This document shows positions 7,346-15,143 of a DNA stretch of 17,645 bases, in pieces. The stretch spans positions 1 to 17,645 of the forward strand of contig DAOWIZ010000029.1 of NCBI GenBank assembly GCA_030640585.1. Reading direction: 5' to 3'. Position 1 is the stretch's first letter, and each line of letters starts with the position of its first letter. The translations under genes were made by a program, and so were the position numbers. Source of the DNA: Thermoplasmata archaeon. Its GTDB lineage: Archaea > Thermoplasmatota > E2 > DHVEG-1. The notes under the pieces are model-generated. The model was not told where the DNA came from. It did no database searches and was given only the letters and a program-made list of their open reading frames with translations.

Positions 7346-8416
7346 ATGAAAATCAAATCAATTTCAGCTTACCCGTTAGACCTTAGATTAAAAGAGCCTT
7401 TCGTAATTGCAAATGAGACAATGGAAATAGGTGAAAATGTTTTTTTTAAAATTGAAACTGATGAAGACATTACTGGATGGGGTTGTGCAACACCAGACAG
7501 TGTTACATCTGAAACAAAAGATACTGTAATTGATAATTTCAATAAAATAGTTAAAAATATTTTAATTGGACAGGATCCAACAAGAATCCATTTTTTAAAT
7601 GATGTTATTGAAGATAAAATAAAGGGTAATCCTTCGTTAAGAGCAGGTATTAATATGGCTCTTTATGATATTCTTGGAAAGAAGGCAGATATGCCCTTAT
7701 TTAGACTTCTTGGAGGGTATAGAGATAAAATTGAAACCTCTATAACAATTGGTTTGAACCCAGTTGATGTCATGGTAGAAAAAGCCAAGGAACTTGTTTC
7801 TCAAGGATTTACTTGTCTCAAAGTAAAATGTGGAATGGATCCAGACCAAGATATTGAAGTAGTACTTGCGATAAGGAGCACAGTTGGCCCAAATATAAAA
7901 ATCCGCTTAGATGCAAATGAGGGTTACACTCTTGAAAAAGCCTTACGTGTGATTGAAACACTCGAGAAACTAGGAACAGATATCGAAATGCTTGAACAAC
8001 CAACTCCAGCTAAATATTTATATGCTTTAAAGGAAGTAACAGCACAATGTCCAGTTCCGATCATGGCTGATGAAACAGCTCTTACTCTTAGAGACAGTCT
8101 TAAAACCGTTAAAATGGAAATAGCAGATATGATTAATATTAAACTTATGAAAATCGGAGGGATTACAAACGCCATCAAAGCAAACACTTATGCAGAAATT
8201 GCAGAAATTCCTGTGATGATAGGTTGTATGAATGAATCAATGGGCGCTATGGCCGCGGGGGTACATTTTGCCTGTGCTTTTAAAAATGTACAATATGCTG
8301 ACTTAGATTCTGCCTTAGATTTTGAAAAAGATATAGTAAAAGGCGGAGCTACTTATAAAGATGGATTTGTCATTCCATCAAATAAACCAGGACTAGGAAT
8401 AGAGGTTGATTTGTAA
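7346..8416 (+). CDS. Enolase-superfamily racemase/epimerase (dipeptide epimerase / N-acyl-amino-acid racemase-like, MLE subgroup)
   Basis: 356-aa ORF with KxK (CLKVKCG), metal ligands in RLDANEGY, LEQP and MADE, and a second catalytic Lys in NIKLMKIGG. This is the MR/MLE pattern seen in L-Ala-D/L-Glu epimerases. Confidence 0.85.
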   Translation: MKIKSISAYPLDLRLKEPFVIANETMEIGENVFFKIETDEDITGWGCATPDSVTSETKDTVIDNFNKIVKNILIGQDPTRIHFLNDVIEDKIKGNPSLRAGINMALYDILGKKADMPLFRLLGGYRDKIETSITIGLNPVDVMVEKAKELVSQGFTCLKVKCGMDPDQDIEVVLAIRSTVGPNIKIRLDANEGYTLEKALRVIETLEKLGTDIEMLEQPTPAKYLYALKEVTAQCPVPIMADETALTLRDSLKTVKMEIADMINIKLMKIGGITNAIKANTYAEIAEIPVMIGCMNESMGAMAAGVHFACAFKNVQYADLDSALDFEKDIVKGGATYKDGFVIPSNKPGLGIEVDL

Positions 8417-9766
8417 GTGAAAAAAAGTTATAATGATGTTCTTGATGATGTTCCATCTTATAGTCGTTTTTTAAAGGTAGATGAAATTGATAATTTAGTG
8501 AATCTAATAATAAAATTACCTGGTGTAAAACATAAGGTTATAGGCAAGTCATTAAACGATGAACCACTAGTAATGCTTGATATTGGAAAAGGGGAAAAAA
8601 CTGCATTGATAATTGGAGTGCCTCATAGCGATGAACCACTCGGTAGTTTGGTTATAACATTTTTTTCTCGTTGGCTTGCAACGCATCCTGAAAAAGAAAA
8701 TTTTGGTTGGAGATGGCTATTCATACCTATGCTTGAAAGACGAGGAATGCGACTAAATGAGGGATGGTTCAATATGCCCGAGTCATTAGCAGATATGGCA
8801 AAATCTAATTTTAGAGAACCAACTGAGGATCAATATGAATGGACATTTCCAATTCAATATAACGATTATGAATGGACAAAATCTAGACCCGAAACAATTG
8901 CTGTAAAAAATGTACTTGAGCAAGAAAAACCAGATCTGTTATGCAACCTTCATCATTGTGGTTTTCATAATGCATATTATTATCTTAGTGAAGATTTTCC
9001 TGAAATTTATCCTAAACTAAGGAAACTTGCATCTAATCTAAGAATGTCTTTATCAGATACAGCACCTGATGTTCCATTTGGAAAAATGTTTTCCCCAGGT
9101 TTTTATCAGATGTATGGATTAAAGGATTATCTTGATTATTATAGTAAAAAAGATCCAATTGTATTAACTACAATAAAAAGAGGTGCCTGTAGTGACGAAT
9201 GGTATCAAAAACAAATTGGAGGGTTCAGTTTCAACTGTGAAGTACCAATGTATTTATCATCAAAACTACAGGATATAAAACCATCAGATAAAAGTTATAA
9301 AAAAGTAATGGAAGGACGTTATCGTATAAAGAAAAATAGACTAAAATACTCAATCAGACTAATAAACATTATAAAAGACTATTCAGACCTAGCCGATCCC
9401 CTTCTTCTAAATGTTGCTGAAAAACATATAGCAAATGCCCAAAACTCTTTAGACCATGAAAAAAGAGCTTTAAAGGTTACTGAAGGCAAAATAGCATCAA
9501 ATGCAGAAGTTTTTGAAAATGAAGTAATTGTAGATTTATTTGGCATATTCTTTCTTGGCCAAATATGGCGTGTCGCAGAAAGCATTTGTATTAAAGGTAG
9601 TACTCCTACAATATGTCAATTAATGGAAACAGCAGATATTGAAATTAAATCTCTCGGAAAAAGTGTCGAAGAAAGAGGAGCGTTTTATCATATCCCGATA
9701 CGAAATTCAGCAAAAATGCAACTGGGAAGCATCTTGCTCATATCTGATGCATTAAAAAGAAAATAA
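8417..9766 (+). CDS. M14 carboxypeptidase / AstE-AspA-like zinc hydrolase family protein (putative)
   Basis: 449-aa ORF. Its GTG start immediately follows the epimerase stop (TAAGTG), with GAGGT 10 nt upstream. It carries an HxxE zinc motif in IIGVPHSDEPLGS and a distal His in CNLHHCGF. The assignment rests on motifs only. Confidence 0.55.
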   Translation: MKKSYNDVLDDVPSYSRFLKVDEIDNLVNLIIKLPGVKHKVIGKSLNDEPLVMLDIGKGEKTALIIGVPHSDEPLGSLVITFFSRWLATHPEKENFGWRWLFIPMLERRGMRLNEGWFNMPESLADMAKSNFREPTEDQYEWTFPIQYNDYEWTKSRPETIAVKNVLEQEKPDLLCNLHHCGFHNAYYYLSEDFPEIYPKLRKLASNLRMSLSDTAPDVPFGKMFSPGFYQMYGLKDYLDYYSKKDPIVLTTIKRGACSDEWYQKQIGGFSFNCEVPMYLSSKLQDIKPSDKSYKKVMEGRYRIKKNRLKYSIRLINIIKDYSDLADPLLLNVAEKHIANAQNSLDHEKRALKVTEGKIASNAEVFENEVIVDLFGIFFLGQIWRVAESICIKGSTPTICQLMETADIEIKSLGKSVEERGAFYHIPIRNSAKMQLGSILLISDALKRK

Positions 9767-9767
9767 T

Positions 9768-9850
9768 CTCCCCTTCCCTAATTATTCATAAGTATACGAT
9801 GAATAACTCTCTGCTGGGGAGGTAGATGTTGATCTTCGAGCTACTTTTTT
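9768..9850 (+). terminator. Nested hairpin plus T6 tract downstream of the epimerase/hydrolase pair
   Basis: Outer stem CTCCCC (9768-9773) pairs with GGGGAG (9816-9821). Inner stem TTATTCAT (9782-9789) pairs with ATGAATAA (9799-9806). TTTTTT lies at 9845-9850, and a second small hairpin plus T6 lies at 9871-9895. Confidence 0.35.
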
Positions 9851-10128
9851 ATAAGGACAATGTTCAAACACAACATTAGGTGTTGCACGTTTTTTCACAA
9901 GATTTTGTAGTTTCTTCGTATAATCTTCTTTGCATTTATTCTTATTCTCCTGCATGGTTCTCTCCTATATATGTTCATTCTTCCTCTTATGAGAAGATGA
10001 TATTCTGTAATATTGTATCTGCCTCTGTTTCTATTTATATGGTTTTTGGTATAAAATATCAAAATGGCATTTTATCATTAATTTGGTTTCATGGAAACCT
10101 TTTTGAACGCCCTCCAGATGCGGCCATT

Positions 10129-10602
10129 ATGTATGATGCTGGTGTTATCCGAAGAGCAACAATCCATGATCTCCCAGAGATTATAAAGTTGGAACAGAAA
10201 TGCTTTCACACGAATAGTGCATATACTCCCAAGCAATTGCTCTATCTCATCACTCGAGCTAATAGCAATTGCCTATTACAGCAACTAAACCATTCTATTC
10301 AAGGGTCCATTATTGTACTGTATAAACAAGGATCAGAAGTTGCCGGCATCGAAACCATAAGTGTCGATCCTCATTGTCGCGGTCAAGGCATTGGGAAAAG
10401 ACTCCTTGGCGCCGCTGAGAAGGACATGATATACAGAGGGATACAAAAAATCCGTCTCGAAGTTTCTATCGGAAATTTCCCAGCAATACAACTCTATCAA
10501 AAATCCGGTTTTAGAATAACAACGATTTTAAAGGACTATTACACCTATGAGAAATATGGCAGTCATGATGCGTATCGAATGATTAGAGAATTAACTACGT
10601 AG
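10129..10602 (+). CDS. GNAT family N-acetyltransferase (RimI-like)
   Basis: The acetyl-CoA binding core reads ISVDPHCRGQGIGKRLL, with downstream LEVSIGNFPAIQLYQKSGF. I place the start at the ATG at 10129, giving 157 aa. The track's upstream 83 aa from the GTG at 9880 are hydrophobic junk with no GNAT-like sequence. Confidence 0.8.
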   Translation: MYDAGVIRRATIHDLPEIIKLEQKCFHTNSAYTPKQLLYLITRANSNCLLQQLNHSIQGSIIVLYKQGSEVAGIETISVDPHCRGQGIGKRLLGAAEKDMIYRGIQKIRLEVSIGNFPAIQLYQKSGFRITTILKDYYTYEKYGSHDAYRMIRELTT

Positions 10603-12045
10603 CACTTCTTTCTCATTTTTATGAACAGAAACCCAGTTGTTATCATCAAGAACACAATATCCTAAAGTATATTGCTCCAAGATATGCAAAAGTTGTTTTC
10701 TGAGATGAAATGGAATGAGCGAGAGATCGCATGTTTCTTTGTTCATATGAATTTTTTCCACATGATCAACAGGTTTATAATTTTGATTATTACCTATAAG
10801 ATAAAAAGAATGATTTTTCTCATCCTGATCAAGTCTTAATTTTAATGGATCAACCTGACTCAGAAAAGATTCAATATTTTCGTTTTTAAAGTTCATTATT
10901 TTTGGATTTGCTTTATTAGCTAATAGAAAAAGTAAAACACCCATACATTTTGAACATGTTCCACATGGTACAATCCTATTATTTTCAAAATGACATGAAT
11001 GGCATGATCGTTGAAACCTTGCAAGTTTCGGGTAATGCTTAACAAGTATTTTTTCCACAACTAAGCCAGATATATTTCTAACTGCTGACCATTGATGCAA
11101 ATCGGGTATTCTTTTAGTATACCAATTATTCATAATATTATCATAATCCTGATGTTGGTCATATATTCCATAAAAATGTTTAATTCCAAGATATTCTAGA
11201 GTGGATCTTAAATCATCAAATTCACTACCAATAAGAAGATTGCCTATTTTTTTATCAACAAATATTGGTAATAACAAAAAAACATAAAATGGAAAAATGC
11301 ACAATCGAATGGGATACGTATCAGCCCATATTTTCCTATGATCAGATCTGATAAATTTTAAATTATCAAGCATAAAAACATAAAATCGGTCAACATTTGT
11401 CCAAACACGATAAGTGTTTGAATCAATTTTTTTATGATATCTATAAGCAGGAATAGCAGTTCTCCAGTGGCCTCCACTTTCATTTATATACAAAGGATAT
11501 GTATTGCATCCTATCTCATTTAATAGACCATAGGTTAAAAGGCTTTCTTTACCCCCGCTAGAGAGAATACCACAGCTATTCTTGTCCACATCTGGTGAAA
11601 TTATTTTATCATTGTAAACTTGAGATGGTTCAATTATTGCTTTTGAATTAGCATCCTCAGGTTTTACATCTTCTTGTTTCGGAAGGAAATCTGAAAGAAT
11701 ATAGTTAGTTCTTCTTCGCAGTATCTTATTTACAAAAATATCTCTGCTAAAAATTCTATTTAACTCGTTTAAAATATTATAATCTGTTTTACTTATGGGA
11801 AAATTCAATTTGAACTTTTTTGAAAATAAACCATAATTTAAAAGTGGCATTGTAAAAGCAAGTCGTAATAGTGGAAGAGAGTCATCTTTAACTTTTTCTT
11901 GATATTTTAGCATAATTGAAAAAGCAGATTCATCGCCCTCTGTTTTATTTAGAAATATATTTGTTTTAACACTTTTACCATTAATTATTGGTTCTGAAAT
12001 TTCAATTGAAGAAAAGCAAACCATATCAGGTATTTTACCTGACAT
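10591..12045 (-). CDS. Uncharacterised PP-loop (adenine nucleotide alpha-hydrolase) superfamily protein with C-terminal Cys cluster
   Basis: PP-loop-like CGILSSGGKESLLTYG sits mid-protein. A QueC-like cluster CHSCH-x9-CGTCSKC lies near the C-terminus. I place the start at the ATG at 12045, preceded by GGAGGA at 6-nt spacing. This start overlaps the upstream DUF1611 gene by 11 nt. Confidence 0.7.
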   Translation of the reverse strand: MSGKIPDMVCFSSIEISEPIINGKSVKTNIFLNKTEGDESAFSIMLKYQEKVKDDSLPLLRLAFTMPLLNYGLFSKKFKLNFPISKTDYNILNELNRIFSRDIFVNKILRRRTNYILSDFLPKQEDVKPEDANSKAIIEPSQVYNDKIISPDVDKNSCGILSSGGKESLLTYGLLNEIGCNTYPLYINESGGHWRTAIPAYRYHKKIDSNTYRVWTNVDRFYVFMLDNLKFIRSDHRKIWADTYPIRLCIFPFYVFLLLPIFVDKKIGNLLIGSEFDDLRSTLEYLGIKHFYGIYDQHQDYDNIMNNWYTKRIPDLHQWSAVRNISGLVVEKILVKHYPKLARFQRSCHSCHFENNRIVPCGTCSKCMGVLLFLLANKANPKIMNFKNENIESFLSQVDPLKLRLDQDEKNHSFYLIGNNQNYKPVDHVEKIHMNKETCDLSLIPFHLRKQLLHILEQYTLGYCVLDDNNWVSVHKNEKEVLRS

Positions 12046-13084
12046 TAAGTTCCTCCAAAAAATCAACGATTTTACTAACACTGTCACTCAAAGGTTCAAT
12101 TACAGGGACATTGAAAAATTTCTTCAGTTTTATTTTTGCATTTTTAATATCTTGTTTATCCATATTCTCACGATTTATACCTATTCCTAATAAGGGTTTC
12201 TCAGTTAGTATCTCTGCAATTTTGACAACCCTCTGAGGATCTGGCATTGGATAGTCTGGAAAACCATCAAGATGAGGTCTTTTTGGAGCATCAACAAGTA
12301 TAAAACCATCTATTTTCCCAGCAGCTAATATCTCAAAACCACCTGGGAAAAAAGGATGGACTAGACTTCCTTGTCCTTCAATAATTATAATATCTGGTCT
12401 TAAATCATTCCAAGAATCAATAATTGCACCTTCGATTCCGCCAGCCACAAAATCATTAATCATAGCATCAAGGACAATACCATGAGGCCAACCCTGGATC
12501 CACCCAGTTTGGCCAGTATATACCATGTCAGTTTTTCTACCTCTTTTCTTTAGTTCTTCATTTATCATAACTGCTATAGTTCTTTTCCCAATAGCAGAAT
12601 CAGTTCCCAAAATTGCAATACGAGTTGATTTAACATCTTTGATATTACCTGTATAAAATCTTTTATGATCACGAAATATCTTTCTTACATCTGTAATTAT
12701 ACAATCATTTTTTTTTGCGAGTTTTTCAAACACAGGATCTTCTGATATGAACTGATGAAGACCAGATACAACATCGAGACCTTTTTCAAGAGCCCAAATA
12801 ACAGCTTTATCATAGCCTTCAGGTAAAACACCTCCCTCTGAGACAGCTCCAATAATAAAAGTATTTACATCTGATTTACTATATGCTTTACCAAGATCAT
12901 TATAAAGAGGTATATTTCTTTTTATACCATCTAAAATTTCACCTGAATCACCTTCAATAAGTGTAGTATCAACAACACATGTTACATCAAATCTTTTACT
13001 ATATCTAACAAGACCATGAGCAGTTTTTCCATCAGCGCAATTAAAAAGCCGATCTGCGTAAACAATAGCACGTTTTTTAGACAT
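12035..13084 (-). CDS. DUF1611 family P-loop protein (DgcN-like)
   Basis: 349 aa, the typical DUF1611 length. Remembered family blocks are present: AHGLVRY, VSGLH, a Walker-A-like ILGTDSAIGKRT, TGQTGWIQG and IIEGQGSLVHP. The ATG at 13084 is preceded by GGGGGGAGGT. Confidence 0.78.
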   Translation of the reverse strand: MSKKRAIVYADRLFNCADGKTAHGLVRYSKRFDVTCVVDTTLIEGDSGEILDGIKRNIPLYNDLGKAYSKSDVNTFIIGAVSEGGVLPEGYDKAVIWALEKGLDVVSGLHQFISEDPVFEKLAKKNDCIITDVRKIFRDHKRFYTGNIKDVKSTRIAILGTDSAIGKRTIAVMINEELKKRGRKTDMVYTGQTGWIQGWPHGIVLDAMINDFVAGGIEGAIIDSWNDLRPDIIIIEGQGSLVHPFFPGGFEILAAGKIDGFILVDAPKRPHLDGFPDYPMPDPQRVVKIAEILTEKPLLGIGINRENMDKQDIKNAKIKLKKFFNVPVIEPLSDSVSKIVDFLEELNVR

Positions 13085-13122
13085 TACCTCCCCCCAAACT
13101 CTAATTTGAATTTAAACGTAAT

Positions 13123-14253
13123 TTACTTTCTCCCCGTCAAAATAATAACATATCGATCATTAGGTAATGGATCTTTTTTATGTTTTTCTAAAAGTGCAAT
13201 AAGACCGGCAGTGGAAGCAGGTAACACACTAAGTCCCTCTTTTTCCCGTAGTTTTTTCGAAAAAAACATCATATTTTTATCACTAGCATAAGCACCCCAT
13301 CCACCAGATTCTCTAATAGCCTCAAGAGCATAATCACCATCAATAGAACGCCAGTTAATCAAAGGTTCATTGATGGCAGTTTCATGAATTTTTTTTGGAG
13401 ATAGATCCTCACAAGCAGAAAGATTTTTCAAAAAGGCTTGAATAATAGGGTTTTTTCCAAAAGATGAGCCAGCTATTATCCTAGGAATCTTAGATGTTTT
13501 ACCACGTCTATAAAGACTAACAAAACCTTTGTACACTCCAGCAAGGGTAGTACCATTAGAAACAGGCATTGCCACAACAGCTGGTGCATCACGCAATTCA
13601 TCATAAATCTCATAGGCTATCTCACCATATGCACGGAGTTGAATCATAGTATTCTCCCCGCCAGCATTAGCATCATAATACTCTTTTTTATCAGCCATTT
13701 CCTGAGAGACGTTCACCGCGTTTTCATAATCTCCAGTTACACGAATAATTCTTGCACCATTCTCTTCAATTTCTTTAATTCTACTGGTATGATATTTTTC
13801 AGGGATATATATCTCACATTCTATCCCTGAAATAGCTGCAGCAAGAGAAATTGCAGCTCCATAATTTCCACAAGTAGCAACGGTAACAGTATCGTAACCT
13901 CTTCTTAATGCATCCATAACTTGAGCAAAAGCAATACGATCTTTCTGAGTACCCGTTGGTGTTGTTCCTTCGAATTTTAAAAAAATTTGACGAAGACCAA
14001 ACTCACGTTCAATATTTCGAGCACGAGTAAGATTAGTGTCACCAATCTCAGAGTCAATAATGTCCTCCAAAGCTTCTAATCTTTCTTCTAGAGGTCGGGT
14101 TGTATTAGTAGCGATTTTTCTCTGAGACTCAAGATCTAGTGCAATAAGTGGAAACTGAGAACGAGCACCATCTAAAATAGATAAGATAGGTTCATCGTTA
14201 CTATTATTTACGGTTTTTACATTGTTATTGTTTTTTTGTTTTTTTTCATGCAT
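13123..14253 (-). CDS. PLP-dependent enzyme, fold type II (threonine synthase / Trp-synthase-beta-like)
   Basis: PLP-lysine block LKFEGTTPTGTQKDRIA (compare NPTGSFKDR). Also ATCGNYGAA, SNGTTLAG and a C-terminal ILTGRK. About 80 aa at the N-terminus, including a poly-Asn stretch, have no match I recognise. It sits 38 nt upstream of the DUF1611 gene on the same strand. Confidence 0.82.
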   Translation of the reverse strand: MHEKKQKNNNNVKTVNNSNDEPILSILDGARSQFPLIALDLESQRKIATNTTRPLEERLEALEDIIDSEIGDTNLTRARNIEREFGLRQIFLKFEGTTPTGTQKDRIAFAQVMDALRRGYDTVTVATCGNYGAAISLAAAISGIECEIYIPEKYHTSRIKEIEENGARIIRVTGDYENAVNVSQEMADKKEYYDANAGGENTMIQLRAYGEIAYEIYDELRDAPAVVAMPVSNGTTLAGVYKGFVSLYRRGKTSKIPRIIAGSSFGKNPIIQAFLKNLSACEDLSPKKIHETAINEPLINWRSIDGDYALEAIRESGGWGAYASDKNMMFFSKKLREKEGLSVLPASTAGLIALLEKHKKDPLPNDRYVIILTGRK

Positions 14254-14388
14254 AATAAAGCCACTAAACTAAGCATCTCTAGCAAAATTTATTTAATAAA
14301 AATATCGAAGTAGGGTTACTTAAAACTTACGAGCATAGCAAGGTATAATAATCCCTTGAAAGTTATCTCCCATTTGTAGGTGGGTAGT

Positions 14389-14802
14389 ATGAGAAAGATG
14401 TCTGCAAAGTTTGGAAATAATGCCGGGAAAATATGGGTTGCATTAAGCACTCATGGACCACTAACACAATCAACACTTATTAAAACTACAAAATTAACAA
14501 AAAATGATTTTCATACAGCAATTGGATGGCTCGCCAGAGAAAACAAGATCTGCAAAGAAGGGGAGATATACAAACTTGGAGAAACAAATCTAACAAATAA
14601 AATCGGAGAAGATGCAGGAAAAATATGGAAACTAATCGATTCTCATGGAGAAATCGATATATCATCAATTACAAAAGAGGCTGAAATAACAATCTATGAT
14701 GCTTATTTTGCTCTTGGATGGCTTGCCCGTGAGAATAAAATAGACGGGGAAAAAATTAGAAAGAATTCAACCCAACTTAAATTTAAGCTAGAATATGATT
14801 AA
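14389..14802 (+). CDS. Tandem DUF2582-type winged-helix protein
   Basis: Two copies of the module AGKIW...(HTH)...GWLARENKI, at nt 14422-14550 and 14614-14742. I prefer the ATG at 14389, with GGTGGG upstream, over the track's GTG at 14380. Confidence 0.72.
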   Translation: MRKMSAKFGNNAGKIWVALSTHGPLTQSTLIKTTKLTKNDFHTAIGWLARENKICKEGEIYKLGETNLTNKIGEDAGKIWKLIDSHGEIDISSITKEAEITIYDAYFALGWLARENKIDGEKIRKNSTQLKFKLEYD

Positions 14803-15127
14803 AACCAACAATAATTCAGAAATAATTAACGTAATAAATTTATTACTTGCAGAAAAAAGAACGTCTCTAGCGATCTTAAGAACAGCGATAGCAGTATTCA
14901 CTCTACCATTATCTGTTTTTACAGTTTTAGTTGCAACCTCAAAATTCTATGAATTTTATTCATCACTACATTTTCTTATACCATTGTTAATAATATGTTC
15001 AATTTTAATATTTTTAGGAATCTATCTAATCTTCAGATCTTTTAGAAAAATAAAAGAAATAGATTACAAGATCCATGAAATTAAAAAACAACAAAAAACG
15101 ATGAAAGACCTTATTGACTCATGCTGA
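14795..15127 (+). CDS. DUF202 (YidH-like) small membrane protein
   Basis: The motif LLAEKRTSLAILRTAIAV matches the remembered DUF202 signature LA.ERT.LAW.RT, and two hydrophobic helices follow. Its ATG overlaps the upstream stop (ATGATTAA), giving an 8-nt overlap. Confidence 0.68.
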   Translation: MIKTNNNSEIINVINLLLAEKRTSLAILRTAIAVFTLPLSVFTVLVATSKFYEFYSSLHFLIPLLIICSILIFLGIYLIFRSFRKIKEIDYKIHEIKKQQKTMKDLIDSC

Positions 15128-15143
15128 AAAAGATAGTAATATT

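Noticed and set aside
7818-8187. Minus-strand ORFs 7818-8003 and 7924-8187
   Set aside because: They are antisense to the catalytic barrel of the enolase-family epimerase and show no independent support. The same reasoning applies to 9379-9585 inside the hydrolase gene.
9880-10128. N-terminal 83-aa extension of the GNAT ORF (240-aa version from the GTG at 9880)
   Set aside because: The extension is hydrophobic, low-complexity sequence with no GNAT-like sequence. GNAT domains of this type are about 150-160 aa, and the ATG at 10129 gives a complete domain.
11988-12236. 82-aa + strand ORF, and the 14-codon upstream extension of the PP-loop gene (12046-12087)
   Set aside because: The + ORF is antisense to the DUF1611/PP-loop junction. 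The extension ignores the well-placed GGAGGA ribosome-binding site that sits ahead of the ATG at 12045.
13016-13830. + strand ORFs 13016-13291 and 13639-13830
   Set aside because: They are antisense to the DUF1611 start region and to the PLP enzyme, and are shadow ORFs. The same applies to 14486-14668 (-) inside the DUF2582 gene and 15271-15519 (+) inside the UPF0316 gene.
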